A DNA stretch of 13,122 bases from Myxococcota bacterium (GTDB lineage Bacteria; Myxococcota; UBA4151), in NCBI GenBank assembly GCA_036338695.1, contig JAYZBQ010000031.1, positions 1-13,122 on the forward strand. The letters are read 5' to 3'. The notes under the pieces are model-generated. The model saw only the letters and a program-made list of their open reading frames with translations. It ran no database searches and was not told the origin of the DNA. Positions 1 through 8,171 of the stretch are shown here, in pieces (position 1 is the first letter of the stretch; every line of letters begins with the position of its first letter). Both the position numbers and the translations under genes were made by a program.

Positions 1-573
1 CGCAGCGAGCAACTCACCAAGGTCAGCCTCTGGCTGTGCGGCGACCACCTTCTCAACCGCTCGGCTGATGTCCTTGGTCTTGAACCCCAAGTTCGCCAAG
101 CCGCTCTCGAGATCGGCGACAAGCCCGTGGTCTCCCGTGGCCTGCGAAGCCCCTGCCGCGCCACCGCTAAAGCCATCGAGGCGATCGCGCAGCTCCACGA
201 CGATGCGCTCAGCGCTTCGCTTTCCAATCCCAGGCACCGCCGTCAGCGTGCGCAGGTCGCCATCGCGGACCGCCTGAACCAACCGCCGCGTCGGCAAGGT
301 GCTCATCATCGCCAGCGCGATCTTGGCGCCCACCCCGTTGATGCTGATCAAGGTCTCAAAGAGCTCAAGGTCCTCGTGAGCTTCAAAGCCGAACAGGGAG
401 ATGGCGTCGTCTCGCACCTGCGTGTGGATCCACAAGACAGCCGCCTGACCAACGCTCCCCAGCTTAGAGAGCAGCGGCACCGGTACGCGCACACGGTATC
501 CAACCCCACCGCAGCCCACCACGACGTAGTCTGGGGTTCGGTGGCGCAAGGTCCCTTCGAGTAATCGGATCAC
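1..573 (-). CDS. ruvA: Holliday junction branch migration protein RuvA (3' end runs off the left edge of the window)
   Basis: Not in the ORF track; translated by hand. GTG start at 573, with SD GAGGAG at 582-587. Translation begins MIRLLEGTLRHRTPDYVVVGCGGVGYRVRV, has HhH motifs (ISINGVGAKIALAMMS; VPGIGKRSAERIVVEL) and a domain-III-like segment (LANLGFKTKDISR...LGELLAA). The frame reaches position 1. It lies directly downstream of ruvC. Confidence 0.95.
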   Translation of the reverse strand, partial: MIRLLEGTLRHRTPDYVVVGCGGVGYRVRVPVPLLSKLGSVGQAAVLWIHTQVRDDAISLFGFEAHEDLELFETLISINGVGAKIALAMMSTLPTRRLVQAVRDGDLRTLTAVPGIGKRSAERIVVELRDRLDGFSGGAAGASQATGDHGLVADLESGLANLGFKTKDISRAVEKVVAAQPEADLGELLAA

Positions 574-631
574 GGCATCAACTCCTCACCGTCGGGCTTA
601 GGCCGGTCTGAGCGGTCAGGGCAAGCGCCCA

Positions 632-1195
632 TCACGTCTTTCGCTCTTTGACGAAGGCTTCCCAAGCCTTTCGACCCTTGGCGCCGCCGCGCCCTGCGGC
701 GACACGCGGCGCGGCGCTCGGTGCGTCGCCGAGTAAGCCGCCAGCGAGCGCAACCGCCAGCGCATCAGCCGCGTCCTCTTGCGGCACCTCGGGTAAGCGT
801 AGCAAGCGCATGACCATCTCCGCGACCTGCTCCTTGGCGGCGCGCCCGCGGCCAGTCACCGCCTTTTTGACCTCGGTCGGTCCGTATTCATCCATGGTCA
901 GGCCCGACATCGAGCACGCTGCCACCAGCGCGCCGCGCACCTGCGCAAGCGCCACTGCGGCGCGCACGTTCCGCACATAGATGATCTGCTCCGCTGCGGC
1001 GCGCTGCGGTCGGTACGTAGTGATCAGCTCCCGCACGCGCGGGACCAAGAGGCCGATGCGCTCGGTCAGCGGCTTCTTTGCCGGCAAAACGATCACCCCG
1101 TTGTCAACATGAGCCACCCGCTGACCGTCGACCTCTACGACCCCCCAGCCGCACAGCCGTGAGCCGGGGTCAAAGCCGATCAGGCGACGCGTCAC
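632..1195 (-). CDS. ruvC: Crossover junction endodeoxyribonuclease RuvC
   Basis: Motifs IGFDPGSRLCGWGVV, AAEQI, EYGPTEVKKAVTGRGRAAKEQVAEMV and EDAADALAVAL carry the D/E/D/D catalytic acids. The GTG start overlaps the yebC TGA stop (GTGA), and the yebC-ruvC-ruvA order is conserved. Confidence 0.96.
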   Translation of the reverse strand: MTRRLIGFDPGSRLCGWGVVEVDGQRVAHVDNGVIVLPAKKPLTERIGLLVPRVRELITTYRPQRAAAEQIIYVRNVRAAVALAQVRGALVAACSMSGLTMDEYGPTEVKKAVTGRGRAAKEQVAEMVMRLLRLPEVPQEDAADALAVALAGGLLGDAPSAAPRVAAGRGGAKGRKAWEAFVKERKT

Positions 1196-1947
1196 AGCTG
1201 CTCGAGGGCTTCCGCGACTTCAGCGGTGAGCTCGAGGTTGCTGCTCACTCGCTGGACGTCGTCGTCGTCTTCGAGCTTATCGATCAGCGACATCACCTTC
1301 TTGGCGGTCTCGACGTCGACCTGAACGGTGTTGGCAGGGACCTGGACGACCTCCGAGCGGCTGGCGGGAAACCCGGACGATTCCAACCCCTCTTGGACGA
1401 CAGGGAGGTCGTACGCGCCGCACGTCACCTCCAACGTCCCGTCGTCCTCCTCGGCGTCTTCGGCGCCCGCCTCCAGCGCACCCATCATGACCTCGTCAAA
1501 ATCCAGCGCCTCACCGGCGTCGAACCAGATCTTACCTTGTTTGGTGAACAGGTAGGCAACCGATCCTTCAGCGCCGAGATTGCCCCCCGCCTTACTGAAG
1601 ATCGAACGCACGTTGGCGGCTGTCCGGTTGCGGTTGTCGCTGAGGCACTCGACGAGCATCGCCACCCCGCCGGGTCCGTACCCCTCGTAGACGAGCTCGA
1701 CGAAGTCTTCACTGCCGCCGATACCTGCGCCCTTCTCGATTGCGCGCTTGATGGTGTCTTTGGGGATGTTGTGGCTACGTGCGTCGTTAAGGCAGACGCG
1801 CAGCCGCGGGTTGGCGTCTGGGTCCGGCCCCCCCAGCTTGGCCGCCACCTGCACCTCGCGTAAGATCTTCGTCCAGAACTTAGCCCGCTTGGCGTCTTGC
1901 CGCCCTTTGCGGTGTTTGATGTTCGCCCATTTGCTGTGACCAGCCAT
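1192..1947 (-). CDS. yebC: YebC/PmpR (TACO1) family protein
   Basis: Canonical N-terminus MAGHSKWANIKHRKG, plus GGPDPDANPRLR, YEGYGPGGVA, SDNRNRT and LEDDDDVQRV. Start set to the ATG at 1947 (not 2013) because a strong SD, GGAGGTGAT, lies at 1955-1963. Confidence 0.96.
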   Translation of the reverse strand: MAGHSKWANIKHRKGRQDAKRAKFWTKILREVQVAAKLGGPDPDANPRLRVCLNDARSHNIPKDTIKRAIEKGAGIGGSEDFVELVYEGYGPGGVAMLVECLSDNRNRTAANVRSIFSKAGGNLGAEGSVAYLFTKQGKIWFDAGEALDFDEVMMGALEAGAEDAEEDDGTLEVTCGAYDLPVVQEGLESSGFPASRSEVVQVPANTVQVDVETAKKVMSLIDKLEDDDDVQRVSSNLELTAEVAEALEQL

Positions 1948-2075
1948 GGCCTGGATCACCTCCGATATCGTCGCTCGCCTTGCACAGCGACCTTGCGTGA
2001 GTAGGGCGCTCACGGCGCGCTCGGCTCACTCTTGCGTTGCGTATCCGCTCAATCGTCGTTGACGCGGCCGATGGA

Positions 2076-4181
2076 TCAGCGGCGGCGGCGGCGAAGCGCT
2101 ACCAAACCGAACAGCAACCAGGTGGTCGCCCCCGTGGCGCTGCATCCTTCGTCCGGTGCGACGGGCGGCCGGGTTGGACCTCCGCCGCTGGTCTCCGGAG
2201 CCTTCCCTGTGACCGTCAGCGTCGCGGGATCACCCGTCAGCTCGCCGTCACTGCAGGTCAGCGCAAAGGCATAATCGCCCGCCTCGGTCGCAGTGAAGCG
2301 CGTGGACAGCGCCGCAGGATCTTCGATGCTCACGTCGGGTCCCTCGGTCTGCGTCCACTCGCACGTCATCGTGTCCTCTGAGTTGGCGTCATACGACTCC
2401 GAGCCATCCAGGGTGATGTCGACCTCGCTGCCTTCGCCGATCTCGAATTCGATGGGATCACCCACCACCGCCACCGGCGCCACGTTGACGACGGCGATGT
2501 CGATGCCGACCACGTTCGAGTAGAGCTCGCCATCGTGAACCTGCAGCTCAAAGCGATAGGCGCCCTTGGCGCGCAGCAACGCGCTCGCCATGGCGGTCGA
2601 AGCCGACTCAACCGGTGGCGGCAGAATGCCGTCGGGATAGCTCACCAGCTTCCAGTCGTATGTCAGCACGCGATCACCCATCGAGTAGCTGGGCACCCCG
2701 CTCAGGCGCACCCGGCCAGGGCCGCGCTCGGCATCCTGCGCAACGATCACAGCCACCGGCGCCTGTGGGTGCGTCTCCACACCCAAGCTGAAGCTCTGAT
2801 AACCCCGGTTGCCCTCGACGTCGGCGGCAAAGACGCGCACCTCAGCGGTCTCGCCCGGGCGAAGGTCGGCGGTCCAAGACAAGGTGTTTCCCTCGACGGT
2901 CATCGACACCGGCCCCTCGACCAGACCGTAGGTCACCTCGCCGGCATTTTCCGGGTCTACGGCGAAGAGCTCATAGGAGAACACGTCCCCTTGAGCCACG
3001 GAGGCAGCCGGAGGCGCCGAGGTAAACTGCGGCGGCGCGTTCAGCGCAATCACGTTGATGACCAGCTCAGCCTCGCTCTCAAGCGCCTCTTGTCCGTCGT
3101 TACGAATCTCCTGGGCGCTAAAGCGGACGACATGCTCGCCAGCGTCTTCGATCGTGGGCTCCCAGCGGAACTTACCTGCCTGCTGATTCCAGATCGAGCC
3201 GTCCGGCAAGCCGCGCACGGACACCTCCATCTCGTCTCCATCGACCTCCACCACGCTGACGTTGGCGCGCACCATCTGACCAGCATACACCGTCAGCGGC
3301 TCCGGAACGGTCCAAAGCGGCGGCGAGTTCGTCACGATGCGAGCGTCGCACGACCCCATCGTCTCGCTCGAGCCACCGAACTGCGAGCGCCCCTCGTGGT
3401 GGAAGTACCACTTCTGCGTGTCCGGTGAGATCGACAGCGAGCACATATCCGAGAGGCTCTGAAAGTTAAAGGCGACGCTCCCCTGACCGGTGCTCATGTT
3501 CACACGGGAGATGTTCTGCTGGCCATAGGTACGGAACAGCGCATAGAACTGCTCATCATGGTACTCGAGCACGCCCCACTTCGCCCAGGTCTCACAGTAG
3601 TAAGCGCGGGTCCCACCGCGGGGTCCGACGTCGGTCACCTGTCCGTTTTCAAAGCTGATGACGTACCAGCGACCGTTGTAGGTACCCAGGCCCATCGCGT
3701 CATAGCCCGCCAGCAGCAAGTGACCGGAGCTCGAGTACGAACGCGGCAGATTAATCGACTGCGACAGCGTGATCGTCGTCTGCGTGGGGTTGAGGTTCGC
3801 GTCGAGCTCTTTAAGCGCGTTGAAGGCTGTGCCGTTCATGATGGTTCGCGTCGAGACGGGCTGGTTCGCCTGGCTGTTCCAGAGCGCATACAGCTTGCCG
3901 TCGGCTAGGTTCGAGATCATCGAGTACCGCGCCGAGCCGGACACACGTCGCTGACCGCCGAGGTCATTGAGGTTGAACTCACCCGCTGCGCTGTCGCCGT
4001 TGTAGTAGACCTTTTGCCCTGAGACGGCGATACCGCCTGAGTCATCCCCGGTCGTTCCGTTGTGATCGACCACGCGGCAGTTGTTCGAGGTCATTGACTC
4101 GACCCTAAGCTGCCTCTGAGCCTCTGCGGTAGCGCCCACCAAAATCATGGACAGGGACAACGTTACCATACCGAATCGCAT
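2076..4181 (-). CDS. Secreted cell-surface protein: uncharacterised N-terminal domain, about four Ig/cadherin/PKD-like domains and a MYXO-CTERM-like C-terminal sorting signal
   Basis: Signal peptide MRFGMVTLSLSMILVGATAEA. Ig-like modules begin NSPP/NAPP/APVA/NVAPVA and contain typical motifs (GLPDGSIWNQQAGKFRWEPT; TLDGSESYD...WTQTEGP...AGDYAFALTCSDG). A Pro/Gly linker precedes the tail GCSATGATTWLLFGLVALRRRRR*. SD AAGGAG at 4187-4192. Confidence 0.85.
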   Translation of the reverse strand: MRFGMVTLSLSMILVGATAEAQRQLRVESMTSNNCRVVDHNGTTGDDSGGIAVSGQKVYYNGDSAAGEFNLNDLGGQRRVSGSARYSMISNLADGKLYALWNSQANQPVSTRTIMNGTAFNALKELDANLNPTQTTITLSQSINLPRSYSSSGHLLLAGYDAMGLGTYNGRWYVISFENGQVTDVGPRGGTRAYYCETWAKWGVLEYHDEQFYALFRTYGQQNISRVNMSTGQGSVAFNFQSLSDMCSLSISPDTQKWYFHHEGRSQFGGSSETMGSCDARIVTNSPPLWTVPEPLTVYAGQMVRANVSVVEVDGDEMEVSVRGLPDGSIWNQQAGKFRWEPTIEDAGEHVVRFSAQEIRNDGQEALESEAELVINVIALNAPPQFTSAPPAASVAQGDVFSYELFAVDPENAGEVTYGLVEGPVSMTVEGNTLSWTADLRPGETAEVRVFAADVEGNRGYQSFSLGVETHPQAPVAVIVAQDAERGPGRVRLSGVPSYSMGDRVLTYDWKLVSYPDGILPPPVESASTAMASALLRAKGAYRFELQVHDGELYSNVVGIDIAVVNVAPVAVVGDPIEFEIGEGSEVDITLDGSESYDANSEDTMTCEWTQTEGPDVSIEDPAALSTRFTATEAGDYAFALTCSDGELTGDPATLTVTGKAPETSGGGPTRPPVAPDEGCSATGATTWLLFGLVALRRRRR

Positions 4182-4201
4182 AGCGTCTCCTTCGGAGCTA
4201 T

Positions 4202-4230
4202 ACCGTAGCTGCAGCAGCGCCCTGCTGCAA
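4202..4230 (-). promoter_or_regulatory. Candidate sigma70 promoter for the surface-protein gene, with overlapping inverted repeats
   Basis: The minus strand reads TTGCAG (4230-4225), 17 nt, TACGGT (4207-4202). The inverted repeat TGCAGCAG-N4-CTGCTGCA (4210-4229) covers the -35 and spacer. Confidence 0.4.
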
Positions 4231-4250
4231 ACCCCTATCCGCTCTGACGC

Positions 4251-4715
4251 CTATCGGCTGGAGCGACGCGGACAGTCCTCGACGTTGCAGCGGATGTAGA
4301 TATCCAAGCGGTGGCTGACGATCTCAAAGCCGCGCGCAGCGGCGGCCTCGGTCTGCAAACGCTCGATCTCATCGTCTTCAAACTCAAAAACCGAGCCGCA
4401 GTCGACGCAGATCATGTGGTCGTGGTGATCCCCCGCAGCGCTCTCGTAGCGCTGCACACCATCACCGAACTGTCTCGCCTCGATCAGCCCACAGTCAACC
4501 AACACGCGCAGCGTGCGATACACGGTCGCAAAGCCAATCGAGCGGTTCTCTTCGCGCACTTTTCGGTGAAGATCTTCTGCGCTGAGGTGTCCCTCGGCGC
4601 TCAGCACGATCCGAAAGATCTGCTCGCGCTGCTTGGTCAACCGCAAGCCGCGGTCAAACAGCTCGTCTTGAAACCGGCTGACCTGCTTCTCGATCTGATC
4701 CTGCGAGAGTCCCAT
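4251..4715 (-). CDS. fur: Fur-family metal-responsive transcriptional regulator
   Basis: Winged HTH (RLTKQREQI...HLSAEDL...IGFATVYRTLRVL), HHDHMICVDCG metal site, EFEDDEIERLQ, and C-terminal CNVEDC. The Fur/Zur/PerR subtype cannot be fixed from sequence alone, though HHDH is Fur-like. Confidence 0.92.
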   Translation of the reverse strand: MGLSQDQIEKQVSRFQDELFDRGLRLTKQREQIFRIVLSAEGHLSAEDLHRKVREENRSIGFATVYRTLRVLVDCGLIEARQFGDGVQRYESAAGDHHDHMICVDCGSVFEFEDDEIERLQTEAAAARGFEIVSHRLDIYIRCNVEDCPRRSSR

Positions 4716-4731
4716 GAGCCCCTTCTCGTCG

Positions 4732-5256
4732 CTAATAATGAACCTTGAGGCTCAGGACCGCGTCAAGCGTCAGCGGGTCGGCCTGGTCGAGCTGGATGAA
4801 CCAGGTCCCCCCCGCATCGAGCTGGACGCTGATCTCGGAGGCTACATACTGCTCAACCCCCAACCTCAAGCCTGCGCCGACCATATACGTCCCCCCCGCA
4901 AAGTCAGCGGACGCGTTGGTCAACTGGTAATAGGTCCCGGTCGCCATCGCAAAGGGTCGAAAGCGATCCTCAAACACGTCGAACCGCAGCCCGGTGCCGA
5001 TCCAAGCCGGCAAGAAGGTGGTGCGCGCAGGGTCATCAATCGCCGTCGTCGCGGCGATGATCCCCCGGTAGGTCCAGCTCCACGCGCCCACCCCGATCTG
5101 CCGCGTCCCAGTCAGACCGATGCCCACTTGTGGGTCCAGCCGCAGCGTGTCGTTACCTGCGACCGTCAGCACACCAAGGCCCGTCGCGTTGGGCGCATAT
5201 TGCGCCGACGCTGTCGCCGAGCAGAGCGTCAACAAGGCGATGCACAACCCGCGCAT
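4732..5256 (-). CDS. Small outer-membrane beta-barrel protein (probably 8-stranded, OmpA-TM/OmpW-like)
   Basis: Signal peptide ending ASA-Q. Alternating amphipathic strands (GTGLRFDVF, RFRPFAMATGTYYQL, VGAGLRLGVEQYVASEISVQLDAG). C-terminal beta-signal LSLKVHY ends in an aromatic residue. SD AAGGAG lies within the end of the upstream gene. Confidence 0.75.
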   Translation of the reverse strand: MRGLCIALLTLCSATASAQYAPNATGLGVLTVAGNDTLRLDPQVGIGLTGTRQIGVGAWSWTYRGIIAATTAIDDPARTTFLPAWIGTGLRFDVFEDRFRPFAMATGTYYQLTNASADFAGGTYMVGAGLRLGVEQYVASEISVQLDAGGTWFIQLDQADPLTLDAVLSLKVHY

Positions 5257-5259
5257 GGC

Positions 5260-6741
5260 TTACTCCTTGAACTGAGGCCGCAGGACACCCGCCACGTCAG
5301 CCAAAATCTTCGTCAACCGCTCGACACCGAGCACGAGCTCGCTGCGAGCGAGGCGTTCGTCCACGCCGTGGATCGACTCGAGGTCCGATTGGCTGATCAT
5401 GAACGGCGCCACACCATACACGTAGGGCACCCCCTTGAGACGAAACCACGCCGAGTCGGTGGACCCAGGGCTCACCACCGGCGCAACGATCTCGCGACCA
5501 TCCGCCGGCAGGTGACGCTCAAAGGCACCAAAGAGCGGGCTCGTCCAATCGCTCTGCGTCCCGGGGCGCTCGGCGATCACGCGCAGCTCGACCTCGTCGA
5601 GCCCTAATCGACCCTTCACCTCATCGATCAGCTCCTGCGACGCTTGACCGGGAAGCATCCGACAGTCGAGCGTGGCGCTGGCCGACCCAGGGATCACGTT
5701 CGGCCGCTCGGTTCCGGCCCGCAGCCCCGTCTCGATGCAGGTGTTGCGCACCGACGCATTGGTCGAGCGCTTCGAGGTCAGCGCCCCTTCGACCAGCCAC
5801 GCGCGCTCCATCATGAAGCCGTTTGGAAAACCCGCCGCCGGGGCAGCCCGTCGCAACAGCTCGCGGGTCGCAGGAGTGAGCACCACCGGGAAAGGCGCTC
5901 GCCGGAGGCGAGTGATGCCATCGATCAGCTTTTGGATCGCGAAGCCGCTCCACGGCTGGCTGCCATGCCCCTTTTGACCTTTGACGCTGACCTCGATCCA
6001 TACGTTCCCACGCTCAGCGACGCTCACCGCCCAGACGTTCTGGCCGTTTGAGATCAGGTCCTTGAGTCCGATCCCTCCCTCGTTGATGACGTACTCTGCG
6101 CGATCGCCAAAGAGCTCCTCCATCTGCTCCGCCACATACTGAGCGCCCCGCCCCGAGTGCTCCTCATCCGGCGTCGCGACGAAAAAGAGGTCGCGCTCGA
6201 GCTTGTGGGTCTTGGAGTTCTCAAAATGGCGCTTGATCAGCACCAAGCTCATGGCTTGTGCAGCGAGCATCCCCTTCATATCGAGCGCACCACGCCCCCA
6301 GATGAAGCCGTCTTGCTCGCGCCCCAAGAAGGGGCCCAAGCCGTTTTTCCACGCCTTGGCGTCGGCCGGGACCACGTCGGTGTGCCCGAGCAGAACGAGC
6401 GGCTTCTTGAAGCGCCGCGGAGCGCGCAGCTCAGCGATCAAGATCGGTCGGTCCTCAAGCCCGGGCGCCGTCACGGTGCGCGACGTGATCCCATTCGCCT
6501 CAAAGAACGCGCTCAGGGCAGCGACCGCCAAGCCTTCATTGCCTGGCGGGTTTGAGGTGTCCGCTTGAATCAGCGCCACCATCAGCTCTTGCACGGCGCG
6601 CGCATCGGCGCTTGTAGGCTTGAGATTCAGCGCGTCGGCGATCGCCGGCGGCGCGGGGACGCTCGGGCCGGCGGTGGCGCAACCAAGCGCCGAAAGGGAG
6701 ATCAGGGTGAGGCAGGCGGCAAAGGAACGTCGTGTCTTCAT
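5260..6741 (-). CDS. M20/M25/M40 family metallo-hydrolase (zinc peptidase/deacylase), probable lipoprotein
   Basis: Motifs DTSNPPGNE, LLGHTDVV, WGRGALDMKG, PDEEH, INEGG, GHGSQP, STDSAWFR and IHGVDER. Signal peptide has the lipobox ALGC. Confidence 0.92.
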   Translation of the reverse strand: MKTRRSFAACLTLISLSALGCATAGPSVPAPPAIADALNLKPTSADARAVQELMVALIQADTSNPPGNEGLAVAALSAFFEANGITSRTVTAPGLEDRPILIAELRAPRRFKKPLVLLGHTDVVPADAKAWKNGLGPFLGREQDGFIWGRGALDMKGMLAAQAMSLVLIKRHFENSKTHKLERDLFFVATPDEEHSGRGAQYVAEQMEELFGDRAEYVINEGGIGLKDLISNGQNVWAVSVAERGNVWIEVSVKGQKGHGSQPWSGFAIQKLIDGITRLRRAPFPVVLTPATRELLRRAAPAAGFPNGFMMERAWLVEGALTSKRSTNASVRNTCIETGLRAGTERPNVIPGSASATLDCRMLPGQASQELIDEVKGRLGLDEVELRVIAERPGTQSDWTSPLFGAFERHLPADGREIVAPVVSPGSTDSAWFRLKGVPYVYGVAPFMISQSDLESIHGVDERLARSELVLGVERLTKILADVAGVLRPQFKE

Positions 6742-6764
6742 ATCTCGGCGCTAACCGCTGACGG

Positions 6765-6801
6765 AAAAAACGAAAAGAGGACGCAAACAAATGCGTCCTC
6801 T
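6765..6801 (-). terminator. Intrinsic terminator directly after tRNA-Leu
   Basis: Minus strand: stem AGAGGACGCA, loop TTTGTT, stem TGCGTCCTCT, followed by TTTCGTTTTTT. It starts immediately after the encoded CCA. Confidence 0.85.
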
Positions 6802-6887
<86 letters not shown>

Positions 6888-6898
6888 AGGCGGTGCGG

Positions 6899-6927
6899 GG
6901 TCTAGAGAAACCGGAGCCACCGGTCAA
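6899..6927 (-). promoter_or_regulatory. Candidate internal sigma70 promoter for tRNA-Leu
   Basis: The minus strand reads TTGACC (6927-6922), 17 nt, TAGACC (6904-6899), then a GC-rich discriminator, ending 11 nt before the tRNA. The -10 lacks the conserved last T. Confidence 0.4.
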
Positions 6928-6964
6928 CCGAAACCCGCACAGGCGCTCGTGAGCGCCATCAATT

Positions 6965-7390
6965 CTATTCTTCGTCCTTCTTCTCATCGGCGGCCGGCGC
7001 CGCTTCAGCCGGAACCGCCGCAGGCTTGTCCGCCGCTTCCGCCGGGGCGTCCGCTGCAGGGGCAGCCTCCTTAGCGGCTTCATCGAGCTCAACCGCCTTA
7101 GTGGCCCCTTCCTCTTTCTGAACAGCGGCCGGCGGTGCGTCCGACTTCTCGCCCTGCATCACCGAGCTCCCGGCGCCCTGCGCCGCAAGCACGATCGAGG
7201 TCAGCATGAAGATCGTGGCCATCGTACTGGTCAGGCGCTCCATAAACTTGTTGCCCGACTGAACAGGCTTCATCCCGCCACCGCCGCCACCGCCGATGTC
7301 ACCGCCACCTTCGCGACCGCTCTGCAGCAGCACAACACCGATCAAAACCAGACAGATGACGACGTGAATAATGGTCAGAAAAGTGCCCAT
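6965..7390 (-). CDS. secG: Preprotein translocase subunit SecG
   Basis: MGTFLTIIHVVICLVLIGVVLLQSGREGG...FMERLTSTMATIFMLTSIVLA gives two TM helices and the LLQ motif. Start set to the ATG at 7390 after SD GGGAG. Classic tpiA-secG-tRNA-Leu synteny. Confidence 0.93.
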   Translation of the reverse strand: MGTFLTIIHVVICLVLIGVVLLQSGREGGGDIGGGGGGGMKPVQSGNKFMERLTSTMATIFMLTSIVLAAQGAGSSVMQGEKSDAPPAAVQKEEGATKAVELDEAAKEAAPAADAPAEAADKPAAVPAEAAPAADEKKDEE

Positions 7391-7400
7391 TTTATCTCCC

Positions 7401-8171
7401 TCAGGACCGGCTGTTCGCAGCGGCAGCGACGATCGCCGCAAAGCTGTCCGCTTCGAGGCTGGCGCCACCTACCAACGCGCCGTCGATCCCCTCACGGGCG
7501 AGCAACTCAGCAGCGTTAGCCGGCTTGACCGAGCCCCCGTATAGTATCCTCATGTCATCGGCAACGCGTTTTGACGCGCGCTGTCCCAGCCAATCCCGAG
7601 CCCAGGCGTGCGCTTGCTGCGCCTGGTCGGGCGTAGCCGTCCGGCCTGTGCCGATGGCCCAGACCGGCTCATAAGCGATCGAGATCCGGCTCCAGTGCTC
7701 GTCGCTCACCCCCATCAAGCCCCCGCTCAGCTGCGCCTCAATCACTGCTTGGGTCTGATTTTGATCACGCTGCATCTCGGTCTCGCCGACGCAGAGCATC
7801 ACCTCCAACCCGGCGCTCAGGGCAGCCTCTACCTTCGCACGGCAGGCGGCGTCATCATCACCGAAGATCGCTCGGCGTTCGCTGTGACCGACCAAGGTCA
7901 GGACGGCGCCTGCGGACTCTGCTTGGACTGCGTTGACCGCGCCGGTGCGCGCGCCAAACCCGCTGGCGTCGATGTCCTGAACGCCCAGCTTGGTGGCGCT
8001 GCCTTCAAGCCGCTGAGCGATCCCCATGACGTACGGATAGCTCGGGATGATCCCCACATCCACGCTGCGGTGCCGGCCGGTTTTCCGAACCACCTCACTC
8101 GCCAGCCGGAGCGCCTCCGGCGCCGTCAGGTTCATCTTCCAGTTGCCCGCAACATATGGTCGTCGTGTCAT
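7401..8171 (-). CDS. tpiA: Triosephosphate isomerase
   Basis: Motifs AGNWKMN, VGHSERR, IAYEPVWAIGTG, LYGGSVKPAN and GALVGGASL. ATGA overlap with the pgk stop. Confidence 0.98.
   Translation of the reverse strand: MTRRPYVAGNWKMNLTAPEALRLASEVVRKTGRHRSVDVGIIPSYPYVMGIAQRLEGSATKLGVQDIDASGFGARTGAVNAVQAESAGAVLTLVGHSERRAIFGDDDAACRAKVEAALSAGLEVMLCVGETEMQRDQNQTQAVIEAQLSGGLMGVSDEHWSRISIAYEPVWAIGTGRTATPDQAQQAHAWARDWLGQRASKRVADDMRILYGGSVKPANAAELLAREGIDGALVGGASLEADSFAAIVAAAANSRS

Noticed and set aside
4731..4744. AT-rich GCTAATAATGAACC just upstream of fur as a Fur box
   Set aside because: It is only a half-site-like match and is explained by the OM barrel gene's last codons and stop (VHY*).
2076..5256. 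TraA/TraB kin-recognition (outer membrane exchange) pair
   Set aside because: The tagged protein lacks TraA's Cys-rich repeats. The barrel is small, has no OmpA C-terminal domain or TSP3 repeats, and is separated from it by fur.
2014..6801. Genomic island integrated at the tRNA-Leu 3' end
   Set aside because: I saw no integrase, no duplicate of the tRNA 3' end and no obvious GC shift. The native terminator directly follows CCA.
6942..6957. Hairpin GGCGCT-cacg-AGCGCC after secG as a terminator
   Set aside because: The stem is short and has no U-tract. At most it is a processing or pause stem before the tRNA.
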